A stretch of 64,000 nucleotides of DNA from Scenedesmus sp. PABB004. Its lineage: Eukaryota. The notes beneath the pieces were generated by a model that searched no databases, was not told where the DNA came from, and saw only the letters and a list, made by a program, of their open reading frames with translations. Location of the stretch: positions 2,542,001-2,606,000 of the forward strand of contig CM026547.1 of assembly GCA_014905635.1 (NCBI GenBank), in the 5' to 3' direction. Shown here one piece after another: positions 32,257-44,200 of the stretch. The translations under genes were made by a program, and so were the position numbers. Within the stretch, counting starts at the first letter, position 1, and every line of letters starts with the position of its first letter.

Positions 32257-35200
32257 ATGGTGCGGCGCCGGCCGGGGCGCTGGCGTCGCACGCGGCGGCG
32301 GCGGCGGCGCGGCGATTCTGCGCTGACCGCGCGCGCCGCTCGCAGTCGGTGTCCTGGGAAGAGCCCGCGGCCAGCGGGACGCCGCCCTGCGCGCGCTCGG
32401 GGCACACCTTCACCGCCGTGGGCGGCCGCTTCCTGCTGTTTGGCGGCACGGGCCGCGCCGACGGTGCGACAGCGCCGCTGCGCCGCGCCGCGGGCGCCGC
32501 TGCGCCGCGCCGCGGGCGCCGCCGCGCCGCAACACCGCGCGCGCCCGGCAGGCAAGGCCCAGACCTTCAACGACCTCTACGAGCTCGACACGAGCTGCGC
32601 GGACGAGTACAAGTGGCGCCAGATCGCGACGCCGACCGCGCCGCCGCCGCGCGCGCGGCACTGCGCGGCCGCGGTGCGCGGGCGGCGGCCGCGGTGGCAG
32701 CGGGCCGGGCAGCCGCGGCTGTGTCACAAGCGCCCACCCCCAGCCGCCCCGCGCAAGGGCGCCTGCTCAGCCGCCGCCCGTGCGCCGCGCCCCGCCCGCC
32801 CGCCTGCCGCCGCGCGGCGGCGGCCCGCAGGTCGGCGAGCGCCACCTGCTGGTCTTTGGCGGGCTCGACAAGCGCACGCGCTACGACGACGCCTGGCTCT
32901 TCTCCCTGGACGAGGGCGCCTGGGCGCCGCTCGCGCTGCCCGAGGGCGCGCCGCGCCCCGCGCCGCGCGCGCACGCGACCGCGACGCGCGTCGGCGGGCG
33001 GCTGCTGCTCTTCGGCGGCTACGGCGGCGGCGGCGCGGTCTTCAACGACCTCTGGGCGCTGCACCTGCCCGCGCCGGGCGGCGGGCCCGCCGCCGCCGGC
33101 CGCGCCGCGGGCGGCAGCGCCTTCCGCTGGGAAGAGCTGTCGCCCGCCGGCGTCGCGCCGAGCCCGCGCTTCGACCACGCGGCGTTCGCCTTCCCCGTCG
33201 CACCAAGCAGCGACGCGTGCGACAAGCTCTGCGTCGCGGGCGGCCGCGACCTCGGCGCGATGCTGGCGGACGCGCACGTGCTCGACCTCGCGACGCTCAG
33301 CTGGAGCGCCGAGGGCGCGCCCGCGCTGCCGTACGAGGCCTGCAACGGGCTGTGCGACGGCGTGGAGAGCGTGCCGCACCACAAGGTCTTTGCCTTTGGC
33401 GGCAAGCGCGGCATGATGGACTTCAACGCCGCCGTGGAGGTCATGGACGCGGGCAGCCAGCTCTGGACCACGCCGCCGGTGGAGCCGGGCGGCGCGGCGC
33501 CCTGCGGCAGGCGCGCGGCGCGGCGGCGCAGCGCATGCGGCGGCGGCGCAGCGCGCGCGTCGGCGGCGCGCGCGCGCAAGGCCACACGCGCCCGCTCCCG
33601 CGCGCGCCCCTGCCTCCAGGGAGGACACCGCGTGGGTGTACGACGCGCGCAGCAGCAGCCTGCTCGTGTTTGGCGGCTGGGCCAGCCGCTGGCTCGGCGA
33701 CCTGGTCAGGCTCAACGTCTCCGCCATCATCGGCCCGCCCTACGCCTGCACGAGTGCGTGCCCCGCCATGCTGCCGGCCCGCCCAGCGGCGGCCGCCGCC
33801 GCGCCGCGCTGCCGGCCCGCCCGCCTGCGGCCGCCGCTGACGACGCGGCGCCTGTCGGCCTCTGCCACCGCCGCGCGCAGGCATCACCCCCGCCGCGGGG
33901 CCGGTGTTTGGCGGCACACCCATCACGATCAAGGGCCTGCGCTTCCGGCCGGGCAAGGTGCAGGTCCGCTTTGGCAGCACCGAGCGCAGCCAGGTGGTCG
34001 TGGACGGCGAGTACGTCGACGCGGAGACCATCACCGTGCGCAGCGCGAGCGCCGAGGCCTTTGGCGCGGGCGCGGCGGACGTGCGTGTGTGCATCAACGG
34101 CGAGGGCTGGACCGTGGGGCGCCTGTCGTTTGCCTACTTCGCCAACACCGCCGCCGCGCACTGCCTCGCGTTTGGCCCCGGCGTGCTGCCGAGCGTCGCC
34201 GCGGGGGTGGAGGTGCCCTTCCTCATCCAAGCGCGCGACACGCTCGGCGAGCGCCGCACGAGCGGCGGCGACACCTTTGCCGTGCGCGTCGCGAGCCCCG
34301 ACGGCGCCACGCTCGGCGAGGCGGCGGTGTCCGACCTCGGGGACGGGCGGTACGAGGTGCGCTACTGTGTGCCCCGCCCCGGGCCCTACCTCGTCCACAT
34401 CGGCCACGCCGACCTGGGCGGCGGCGCCGAGGCGCTGCCGCTGCGGGGCAGCCCCTTCCGCGTCGAGGCGGCCGACCCCTGGACGCGGCACCGCGTGCTC
34501 GGCGCGGCGCCGGCCAGGCGCAAGGTGCGCGCTGACGAGGGCGGGGGCGGGCGCCCGTGCGAGCTTCTGGGTGGCGCGCGCGCCCGCGGACAGGCTGCAC
34601 CTCACGCGCCCCTGCGCCGCCGCCGCCGCTGCGCCGCCGCCGGCGCCGCTTCCAGGGCGCGACGCTGTCGGCGCTCAACGGCGAGCTGGTGCTCTTTGGG
34701 GGCGACAGGTCCGGCGTCAGCGTGTGCAGCGCGGCGTCGGCGGAGTGGCGCTGGGCCGCCGTGGAGCCGTCCGGGTCGCCGCCGCCGGACCGCGCCGCGC
34801 ACAGCGCGGTTGTCGCGGGCGGGCAGGTGGTCATGTTTGGCGGCGCCGCGCTCGCCGACGGCGCGGAGCTCGGCGACCTGTTCTGGCTGAAGAAGCTGCC
34901 CAGCGGCGGCTGGGCGTGGGGCGGGCCGCAGAGCCAGACGCCCTACGTCAGGTGCGGGCGCCGGGTGTGCCGCCGCTGCCGCTGCGCCGCGCGCGCCTCG
35001 CATACCTCGGGGCCGCCGCCCATGCGCGCCACCCGCCGCTGCCGCAGGCACTCCGCGCCCGCGGCGGGCGCGGAGCCCGACGACGCGCCGCGCCCCGTCG
35101 CGCCGCGCGCCAGCCACGCGGCGGTTGCCCTGGACCAGCAGCTGATGCTGCTCGGCGGCGAGAGCGGGGGCTCGCTCATCTCAGAGCTCTGCATGACCGA

Positions 35201-38200
35201 GACTAACGTCCCGGTGCGCGCCGCCGACGAGCGCGCATGCAGGGGCCGGGGCCGCTCCGCCAGCGCGCGCGTCGCGCGCGGTGCCCCACGCGCCCGCGCC
35301 CGCCGCCGCCGCACCGGCGCGCGCAGGTCGCGCACTGGGTGGAGCCCGTGCTGCGCGGCGACGTCCCCGCGCCGCGCAAGGGCGCGGCGGTGGCGACCAG
35401 CAACGGCCGCATCATCATGTTTGGCGGCGTCGCCGAGCGCGGCGACGAGCCCGCGGCGCTGCTGGACGAGCTGGTCATGTTTGACGTCGAGGGCAAGCAC
35501 GCGCTCGCGTGCACGGTGGCGCCCGAGGTGTCGGGCCCGCGCCCGCCGGCGCGCAGCGGCGCGACGCTGCTGGAGTTTGAGCCTGGCAGCCTGCTGCTGT
35601 ACGGCGGGCTCGGCGCGGACGGGCGGCCGCTGCACGACGCGTGGCTGCTGGACGTCGACGCGCTCGCATGGCGCAAGGTCTACAGCGGGCACCCCGACGC
35701 CGTGGGCCCGTCGGGTGCGGCCCAGCGGGCGCGCCGCGCGCCTGCGCCGCAGCGGCGTGCCGCGCCGCGCCGCGCCGCCGGCCTGCGCCCCGGCCGAGCG
35801 GCCGCGTCCCGCGCGCCGCTGCGCGCAGGCGCGCTGGCCGCCCTGGTCAACAGCCGGCTCGTGCTCGTGGACTCGGCGCCGGCGTCCAGCAAGCTCGACG
35901 CCGTGAACTCGATCGACCTCCTGGGTGCGGCGGCGGGGTATGCCTTTGGCACCAACATGCGCACCGACGCCGTGGCGCTGCTGGAGGGCCTGGAGGCCTG
36001 GGCGGACCGCACGGCGGCGAGCATGGAGCTCGCGGCGCACCCTGACCGGCTCGGCGCGAGCTTTGACGCGCTGCTGCGGGTCATGGACGCCCTGCACCAG
36101 GTGCGCGCGCGCACATGCGCGGCGCGGCGCGGTGCGCCGTGTCAGCCAGGTGCCGTTGCGGCGGCTGGCCGGGCCCACACGCCGCGCCGCCGCCGCCGCT
36201 CTCCCGCCTCGCGCCAGGTCAAGGCGAAGCGCGGCAGCACCGACCTGCTGGTTGAGCAGCTGCGCGAGACGCTGCGCGCGCTGGCGGCGGACAAGATGGC
36301 GACCGCCAAGCTCGAGAAGCGGCTGGAGGACGCCGCGCACAAGTGGGACGGCATCAAGAAGCTGCAGCCGCAGGTCAAGAGCGGCGTGGAGCCGATACAG
36401 GTGCGCACACGCGGGCGCGGTGTGGCTCGAGCGCTGCGGCGGACCGGCGCCGCCGCGCCGCGCCGCCGCGCCGCCGCGCCCGCCCTGCCCACCTGCCCTG
36501 CCCGCCCGCCCGCCCCTCCGCGCCCGTGCGTGCGCGCAGGCTGTGCAGGGCGCGCGCATCCGGCGGGACATCGAGGCCTTCACGTCGCGCGTGGCCGCGC
36601 AGCAGGCCGCCTTCCGCGCGCGCCCGCTGTTCAGGGCCGCCACGGGCGTTGCCGCCGCGCGTGGCCTGCTCGACGGCGCCGCGGCGGAGCTGGCCAAGCT
36701 GCGCAAGGAGGCAGCGGCGTTTGGTGAGCTCGCGATCGTCTTTGAGCTGAGCGACGCAATGGCCTCGGTCAGCGCGACGCTCGCGGAGCTGCAGGAGGAC
36801 CTGGCGGCGGCCAAGGAGGTGTGGGACGTCACGGTGGCGTGCGAGGCGCAGTTCCAGGTGCGGCTGCCGGCCCGCGCACGCGGGGACGCATCGGGGGGCA
36901 GCTGCCGACGCTGCGCGGCCGGCGCCGCCGCTGACGCTGGCACCGCCACCGCCCCGCGCACGCGCGCAGGCGTGGCGCCAGACCCTATGGAGCGGCATCA
37001 GCACGCAGGAGATGGAGGAGGGCGCCAAGCAGTTTGTCAAGGACGTCAAGGCCCTGCCCAAGCGGGTGCGGCAGCGGCCGGCACGCGCCACCGCGGCAGC
37101 GCCGGCCCGGGCTGGCCCCCGGCTGGCCGGCGGGCGGGAGCGGCGGCCGAGGGCGGCGCACACTCCGCCCGCCCCTGCCCTGCTCCGCCCTCACGCGCCG
37201 CGCGCGGCCCGTCTGCCCGCCGTGTCTGCTGTCAGGTGCGCGGGGAGGATGTGTTCAAGGGCCTCGACGCGATGGTCAAGAACTTCCTGGTCTCGGTGCC
37301 GCTCGTGGCAGACCTGCGCAGCCCCGCGATGCGCGAGCGCCACTGGCAGCAGCTCATGGACGCCACCAAGGCGCGCGGCGCGGCGCGGGGAGGCGGCCTG
37401 CTGCCCGTGGTCGAAGCCGGGGGGCAGAAGAGGCCTGACCGCCGCCGCGCCGCGCGCCGTGCGTGCGGCGCAGGTGCCGATCAAGGTCGGCGACCCCGGC
37501 TTCAAGCTGGACGACCTGCTGGCGCTGGAGCTGCACCGCTTTGAGGAGGAGGTGGGCGAGATCGTCGACCGCGCGCAGAAGGAGGAGAAGATGGAGAATG
37601 GGCTGGCCAAGCTGTCCGAGGCGTGGGCGCGCGTCGCGTTTGTCTTCACGCGGCACAAGGACAGCGACGTCCACACCGCCAAGATGGCGGAGGAGGACTT
37701 TGAGGCGCGGCGGAGCCGGCCGGCGCTGCGGGGGGCTGGCCGCTGGCCGGCAGCTCGCGAGGCTGCGATCGCAGCCCCGGCCTGCGCGCGTCGCCGCCCG
37801 CCCGCTGACCGCGCGCGTGGCCGCCCGCGGCTGCCGGCGCCGCCCGCAGATGCTGGAGGACAACCAGGTGCTGGTGCAGGGCATGATGGCCAACCGCTAC
37901 ATGGCGACCTTTCGGGACGACGTGCTCGCGTGGAACCGCAAGCTCATGGCCGTCGCGGACGTGGTCGGCGCGCTGACCGAGATCCAGCGCACCTGGGCCT
38001 ACCTGGAGAGCCTCTTTGTCGCGAGCGAGGAGGTCAAGCGCGAGCTCCCCGAGGCGGCGCGGCGCTTCGCGGGCATCGACGCCGACGTCAAGGCCGTGCT
38101 GGCGGAGTTCAAGGCCGTGCAGAACGCGGTCGCGTGCTGCGGCAAGGAGGGGCTGCTCAAGTTCCTGGAGAAGCAGCAGCGCGAGCTCGAGGTCCGCGGC

Positions 38201-41200
38201 GCGACACCGCGGGCGGCGCGCGGCGCTGCGGCGCGCGGACGGGCGCGCCGCCGGCAGGCGCGCCGCCGCGCGGGCACGGCGCCGACCGACCCGCCGCCGC
38301 CGCCGCGTGCGCGTGCGCGGCGCGCAGGTGTGCGAGAAGGCGCTGGCGGACTACATGGAGAGCAAGCGCCGCGCCTTCCCGCGCTTCTACTTCGTCTCAA
38401 CCGCCGACCTGCTGGACATACTCTCAAACGGCAACAGCCCCGTCAAGGCGCGCCGCCGCGCGCAGCGCGCAGCACGGGCCGGCGGCGCCCAGGCTGGCCG
38501 GAGGGCGGGCGCGCCCACGCCCGGCGCCGCCTGCACGCGCCCGCGCCCCGCAGGTGATGCAGCACATGTCCAAATGCTTCCAGGCGATCGACAAGCTGCG
38601 CCTCGACACCGACGTGCCGGCGGCGGGGCAGCGCCCGCGCGGGCTGGGCATGGTGTCGTGCGTGGGCGACGAGTTCGTCGCCTTCAAGCGCCCCCTGCCG
38701 CTCGAGGACAAGGCGCGCCTCCGCGCGCGTCAGCTGACGCGCGGCGCCGGGCCGGGGGCGCGCGCGGCGAGAGCGCTGGCGCCAGCGTTTGCGTGCGCGT
38801 GCGCCGCCCTCACCCTCGCCCTCACCCGCGCGCCGCCGCCCCTTCCTCCCTGCCCGTGCCGCCCGCGCCGCAGGTGGAGCGGTACATGTACGACATCGTG
38901 GCCAAGATGCGCAGCGAGCTGCGCGACGTGCTGCGCGACAGCGTGGCCGACTATGCGGCCAAGCCGCGCGACCGCTGGCTCTTTGACTGGCCCAGCCAGA
39001 TCATCCTCGTGGTCAACCAGATCTTCTGGTGCCAGGAGGTGGAGCAGGTGCGCCGCCGCCGCGGGGCCGGGCAGGGAGGGCCGCAGGGCGCGGGGCTCGC
39101 GCGCCGCGCGAGCGCGCGACCCCGCGGCGGCGGGCGTTCCCTCAGGCGCGCGCGCGCTGCTGCGGCGCGCCGCCGCGGCGGCAGGCCTTCCACGCGATGG
39201 CGCGCGGCGACGCCGGCGCGATGGCCAAGTACAACGAGCTGCAGGTCAAGCAGCTCACGCGGCTCATCGAGGTCACGCGCACGCTGCTGCCCAAGCCGGA
39301 CCGCCAGAAGGTGACGCAGAGCGCGCGCCCGCCTGCCTGCCTGCCCGCGCGCCGGCGCGCCGCCGCCCTTGGCTGCCTGGCGCCCGCCCCTCTCACGCCC
39401 GCCGCCGCTGGCTGCGCTGCTGGGCCTACCTCAGGTGATGAACATGATCACCATCGACGCGCACAGCCGCGACATCGTGGCCAACGTCGTCGCCGCGGGC
39501 AACGACAAGCCCGACTGCTTCCTCTGGATGTGCCAGCTGCGCAGCTACTGGGATGCGTCCATCTCGGACTGCCGCATCCGCATCTGCGACGCCTCCTTCC
39601 CCTACGGTGCGCGCGCGGCGCGGCGCGGCGCGGCGCGGGAGGGCGGCGGTCGCGGCGGCTAGAGGGCGGGGACAGACGGCGCGCGCCAGCCGGCCGGCCG
39701 GCCGAGCCCCGGCCCGCCCCGCCGCGGCTGACCGACTCCTGCCTGCCTGCGCGCTGCGTGCGCGTGGGGCTGCAGGCTACGAGTACCTCGGCAACGGGCC
39801 GCGCCTCGTCATCACGCCCCTGACCGACCGCATCTACATCACCGCCACCCAGGCCTGCTGGCTCTGCCTCGGCACCGCGCCCGCGGGGCCCGCGGGTGCG
39901 AGCCGCGCCGCGCCGCGCCGCGCCGCGTGCCGGCCGCAGTGGTCGCCGGCTGCCCCGCCCGCGCGCGCGCACGCGTCGCGAGCGCGCCGCCGCGCCCGCG
40001 CTGCCGCGCCCGCGCGCCGCGCGCCAGGCACGGGCAAGACGGAGACGACCAAGGACCTCAGCGCGCAGCTCGGCAAGAGCGTGTACGTGTTCAACTGCTC
40101 GCCCGAGATGGACTTCCGCACCATGGGCGACATCTTCAAGGGCCTCGCCGCGAGCGGCAGCTGGGGCTGCTTCGACGAGTTCAACCGCCTCATCCCCGAG
40201 GTGCTCAGCGTGTGCAGCGTGCAGTACAAGTGCGTCACCGACGCGCAGAAGCGCAAGTCGCTCCTGCCCGGACGGTGCGGCGCGGCGCGGCGCGGGCGCT
40301 GCCGCCGGGGGGGGGGGGGGGGCGCCGCCGCGGGGCGCGGTGGCGCTGCCGCAGCACGCGCGCGCGCGCGCGCGCGTGCGCGTGCGGGGCCGCGGGCGGG
40401 CAGGGCCAGCCGCCGCGCCGGCGGCCCGCCGTCGCCCACCGCCGCCGCCGTGCCGCGCCGCGCAGGGGCCTTGAGTACGTCGACCGCGACGGCGGCAAGC
40501 ACGCGGCGGTGTCGGCGTGGACCTTCACCGCGGCGGACGGCGTTGAGATGCCGCTGGAGGAGGGCGCGAGCGCGTTCATCACGATGAACCCCGGCTACAT
40601 CGGCCGCGCGGAGCTGCCCGAGAGCCTCAAGGCGCTCTTCCGGCCCATCACGGTCGTCGTGCCGGACCGGCAGCTCATCATGGAGAACATGCTCATGGCT
40701 GAGGTGAGGGGCGGGCCTGGCTGCAGGGTGGGCGGGTAACCTCGAGGCAGGCGGGCGGGTGTCTGGGTGTGACGCGCGGGGCGCGGCGTGACGCGGGAGT
40801 TGGGCGCGCGACCCCGCACACGCGCCACGCCGTGCCGCGCCCTCGCAGGGCTTTGTTGAGGCCAAGGTTCTGGCCAAGAAGTTTGCCAGCCTCTACTTCC
40901 TGCTGGAGGACCTGCTCTCACCGCAGAAGCACTACGGCGAGCGGGCGGGCCGCGCGGGGGCGGGCGGGGCGGCGGCGGGCGCGCGGGCAGGAGGCGCGCC
41001 CCGGGCCGCGCGTGCGCGCCTGGGCCGGCGCGCGCCCGAACCCTGCGCGGGGTGCCGGCCGCCGCCGCAGACTGGGGCCTGCGCGCGATCAAGTCGGTGC
41101 TGGTCGTTGCGGGCAGCATGCTGCGCGCGGAGGAGGGCCAGGTGGAGAGCCACGTGCTGTTCCGCGCGCTCCGCGACTTCAACGTCCCCAAGATCCTCGA

Positions 41201-44200
41201 CCAGGCGCGGCGGCGGCGGCGGCGCCCTGCTGCGCACGCGGGCTCGGCTGCCCCACGCGCGCGCGCGCTTGCGCGTGCGCCTGGCGCGACGCCCCCGCCC
41301 GCCCGCCCGCCCGCCCCTCCGCCGTTTGCCTGCCGCCTGCCGCCGCCGCGCGCGTGACCACCGCAGGACGTGGTCATCTTCATGGGCCTCCTGGGCGACC
41401 TCTTCCCCGGCGTCGACCCGCCGCGCAAGCGCGACCCCGCGTTTGAGGCCGTCATCGCGCAGGTCACCGCCGAGATGAAGCTCACGCCCGACCCCGACTT
41501 CACGCTGCGCGTGGTGCAGCTCAGCGAGCTGCTCGCCATCCGGCACTGCGTCTTCCTGGTGCGCCCGCGCGCGCGCACGCTCGCCGCGCGGCGGCCGGCC
41601 GCGGCCACGGCGTGCGCCGCCGCCCACGCCCACCACGCCCGCGCGCGCCCGCCGCCGCCGCCGCGGCCGGCCTGCTTGCAGATGGGCCCGACCGGCAGCG
41701 GCCGCACCGAGGTTTACAAGGTGCTCGCGCGCGCGATCGCGCGCGGCTGCGCGTCGCCCGTGAACGACTACCTGGCCATGACCAACCGCAAGAAGGTGGT
41801 CCTGCGCGACATCGACCCCAAGGCCGTGAGCACGCAGGAGCTGTACGGCTTCGTCAACATGGCCACGCGCGAGTGGAAGGTGCGGCGCGGGCGGGGCAGG
41901 GGCGGGCGCGCGGAACGGCTGCTGCGCGCGCGACACGCGTGCTGCGCGTGCTGCGCGCGCTGGGCGTGCTGCGCGTGCAACGCGCACCCACCCTTTTGCC
42001 GCGCCGCGCCGCGCCGCAGGACGGGCTGCTGTCGTACACCATGCGCGAGCTGGCCAACGCGGCCGACGACAACCCCAAGTGGATCCTGCTCGACGGCGAC
42101 CTCGACGCCAACTGGGTGGAGAGCATGAACAGCGTCATGGACGACTCCCGCCTGCTCACGCTGCCCAGCAACGAGCGCATCCGGCTGCTGCCGCACATGA
42201 AGATGATCTTTGAGATGCGCGACCTCAAGTACGCCACGCCCGCGACCGCGACGCGCGCGGGCATCCTCTACGTCAGCGAGGGCCGCCAGTGGCACAACAT
42301 GGTCGCCTCCTGGCTCACGCGCGTCGCGCGGCCCTACGCGGAGCGCGCCAAGTGGAAGGCGCGGCGCCGCGCCGCGCGGCCGAGGGGGCGCCGCCGCGGC
42401 AGCCGCAGCGGCCGCGGCAGCAGCCGCCGCAGCCGCCGCAGCAGCAGCCGCAGCCGCCGCCGCAGCCGCCGCGCCGGCCCTGACCCACACGCCGCGCGCC
42501 GCAGGACCCCGGTCAGCCGGTGGCGTGGCTGACGGAGCTGTTTGACAAGTACGTCCCCGCGACGCTCGCGGAGCTGGCGCGGTCGTACCGCCACGTGACG
42601 CCGCTGAGCGCGATGAACTTTGTCACCACGCTGACCAACATCCTGGAGGGCGTGCTGCGCCCCGACACGCTCTCCGCGCGCGCGGAGCAGGCGGCGTTCG
42701 AGGCGTACTTTGTCTTTGCCTCGGTCTGGGCCTTTGGCGGCGCGCTGGTCGAGCGCGACGGCGTCAACTACCGCCGCAACTTTGACAAGTGGTGGAAGGC
42801 GACCTGGACGACGGTCAAGTTCCCGGGTGCGGCGGCGCGCGGGGGCGGCACTGGGCGCGGCGGCTGGGGCGGCCGCCGGCGGCGCAGGCCGGCTCCGGCG
42901 GCCAGGGCGGCTGCGGCGGCTGGCGGCCGGTTGGCTGCCCCGCCAGCGCCGCGCCCGCGCCGCGCCCTCACGCCATGCCGCGGCCTGTCACGCGCAGGCA
43001 AGGGCAGCGTGTACGACTACTACGTCAACCCCAAGACCGGCAAGTTTGCGCCGTGGAGCGAGCTCGTCGCGCAGGTCACGTACGACGGCGGGCGCGCCAT
43101 GGGGTCGCTCTTCGTGCCCACCGCGGAGACGAGCTCGCTGCGCTTCTTCCTGGACATGATGGTCGACCTGCGCAAGCCCATCATGTTTGTCGGAGGTGCG
43201 GCGCGCAGCGGGGGCTGTCCGGGGCGGCGGCGCCGGCACGCGCGCCGCGCTGCGCCGCGCCGAGCACGCCCAACCGCCGCAGGCGCGGGCGTGGGCAAGA
43301 CGCAGCTGGTCAAGGGCAAGCTCGCGGGGCTGCCCGAGGAGGTGATGAGCCTGAGCATCGCGTTCAACTACTTCACCGACGTCGCGTCCTTCCAAAAGGC
43401 GAGCCCCTCGCGGCGGCGCGCACAGCGCTGTGCTCTGCAGTGCGGCAGCCAGCGCGCGGGGCGCGGCGCCCTGGCGCCTGACACGCCCGCCACCGCGGGC
43501 CGCCGCCGCCGCGCAGGTGCTGGAGTCGCCGCTGGAGAAGAAGGCGGGCGTGAACTACGGCCCGCCGGGCAGCAAGTCGCTCATTTACTTTGTGGACGAC
43601 CTCAACATGCCCCGCCTCGACGCGTACGAGACGGCCATGCCCATCAGCCTCATCCGCCAGCACCTCGGCTGGGGCCACTGGTGCGCCGCGGCGCGGCGCG
43701 CAGCACACAGCACACAGCGCGGCGCCGACCACCACACCGCCCCGCCGCGCGGCGCGCGCCAGGTTTGACCGGGCCAAGCTGACGCAGAAGAGCATCAACA
43801 ACACGCAGTACGTGGCCTGCATGAACCCGACCGCCGGCAGCTTCACGATCAACCCGCGCCTGCAGCGCCTCTTCTGCACGCTCGCGGTCGACACGCCCGG
43901 CCAGGACAGCCTCATGACCATCTACGGCACCTTCCTGCAGGCACGGCCGCGAGGGGGGCCGCAGCAGTGTGGCTGCGGCAGCGGCCAGCGCCGCGCGGCC
44001 GGCCGGCCGCCGACAGCCGCGCGCCTGGGGGCGCGCGCGCGCGCCGCAGGGCCACCTCAAGCGCTTCAAGGAGGACGTGCAGGAGCTGGGGACCAAGATC
44101 CTGCAGGCCGCGCTCGCGCTCCACGACCGCGTGAGCAGCACGTTCAGGAAGACGGCCGTCAACTTCCACTACGAGGCGCGAGCATGAGCGCTGCGCCGCC

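Noticed and set aside
41685..41710. Dynein AAA2 Walker A reads GPTGSGRT (Lys to Arg)
   Set aside because: As I recall, the Chlamydomonas alpha chain has the same Arg variant, and AAA2 is non-catalytic. It is not a sign of decay.
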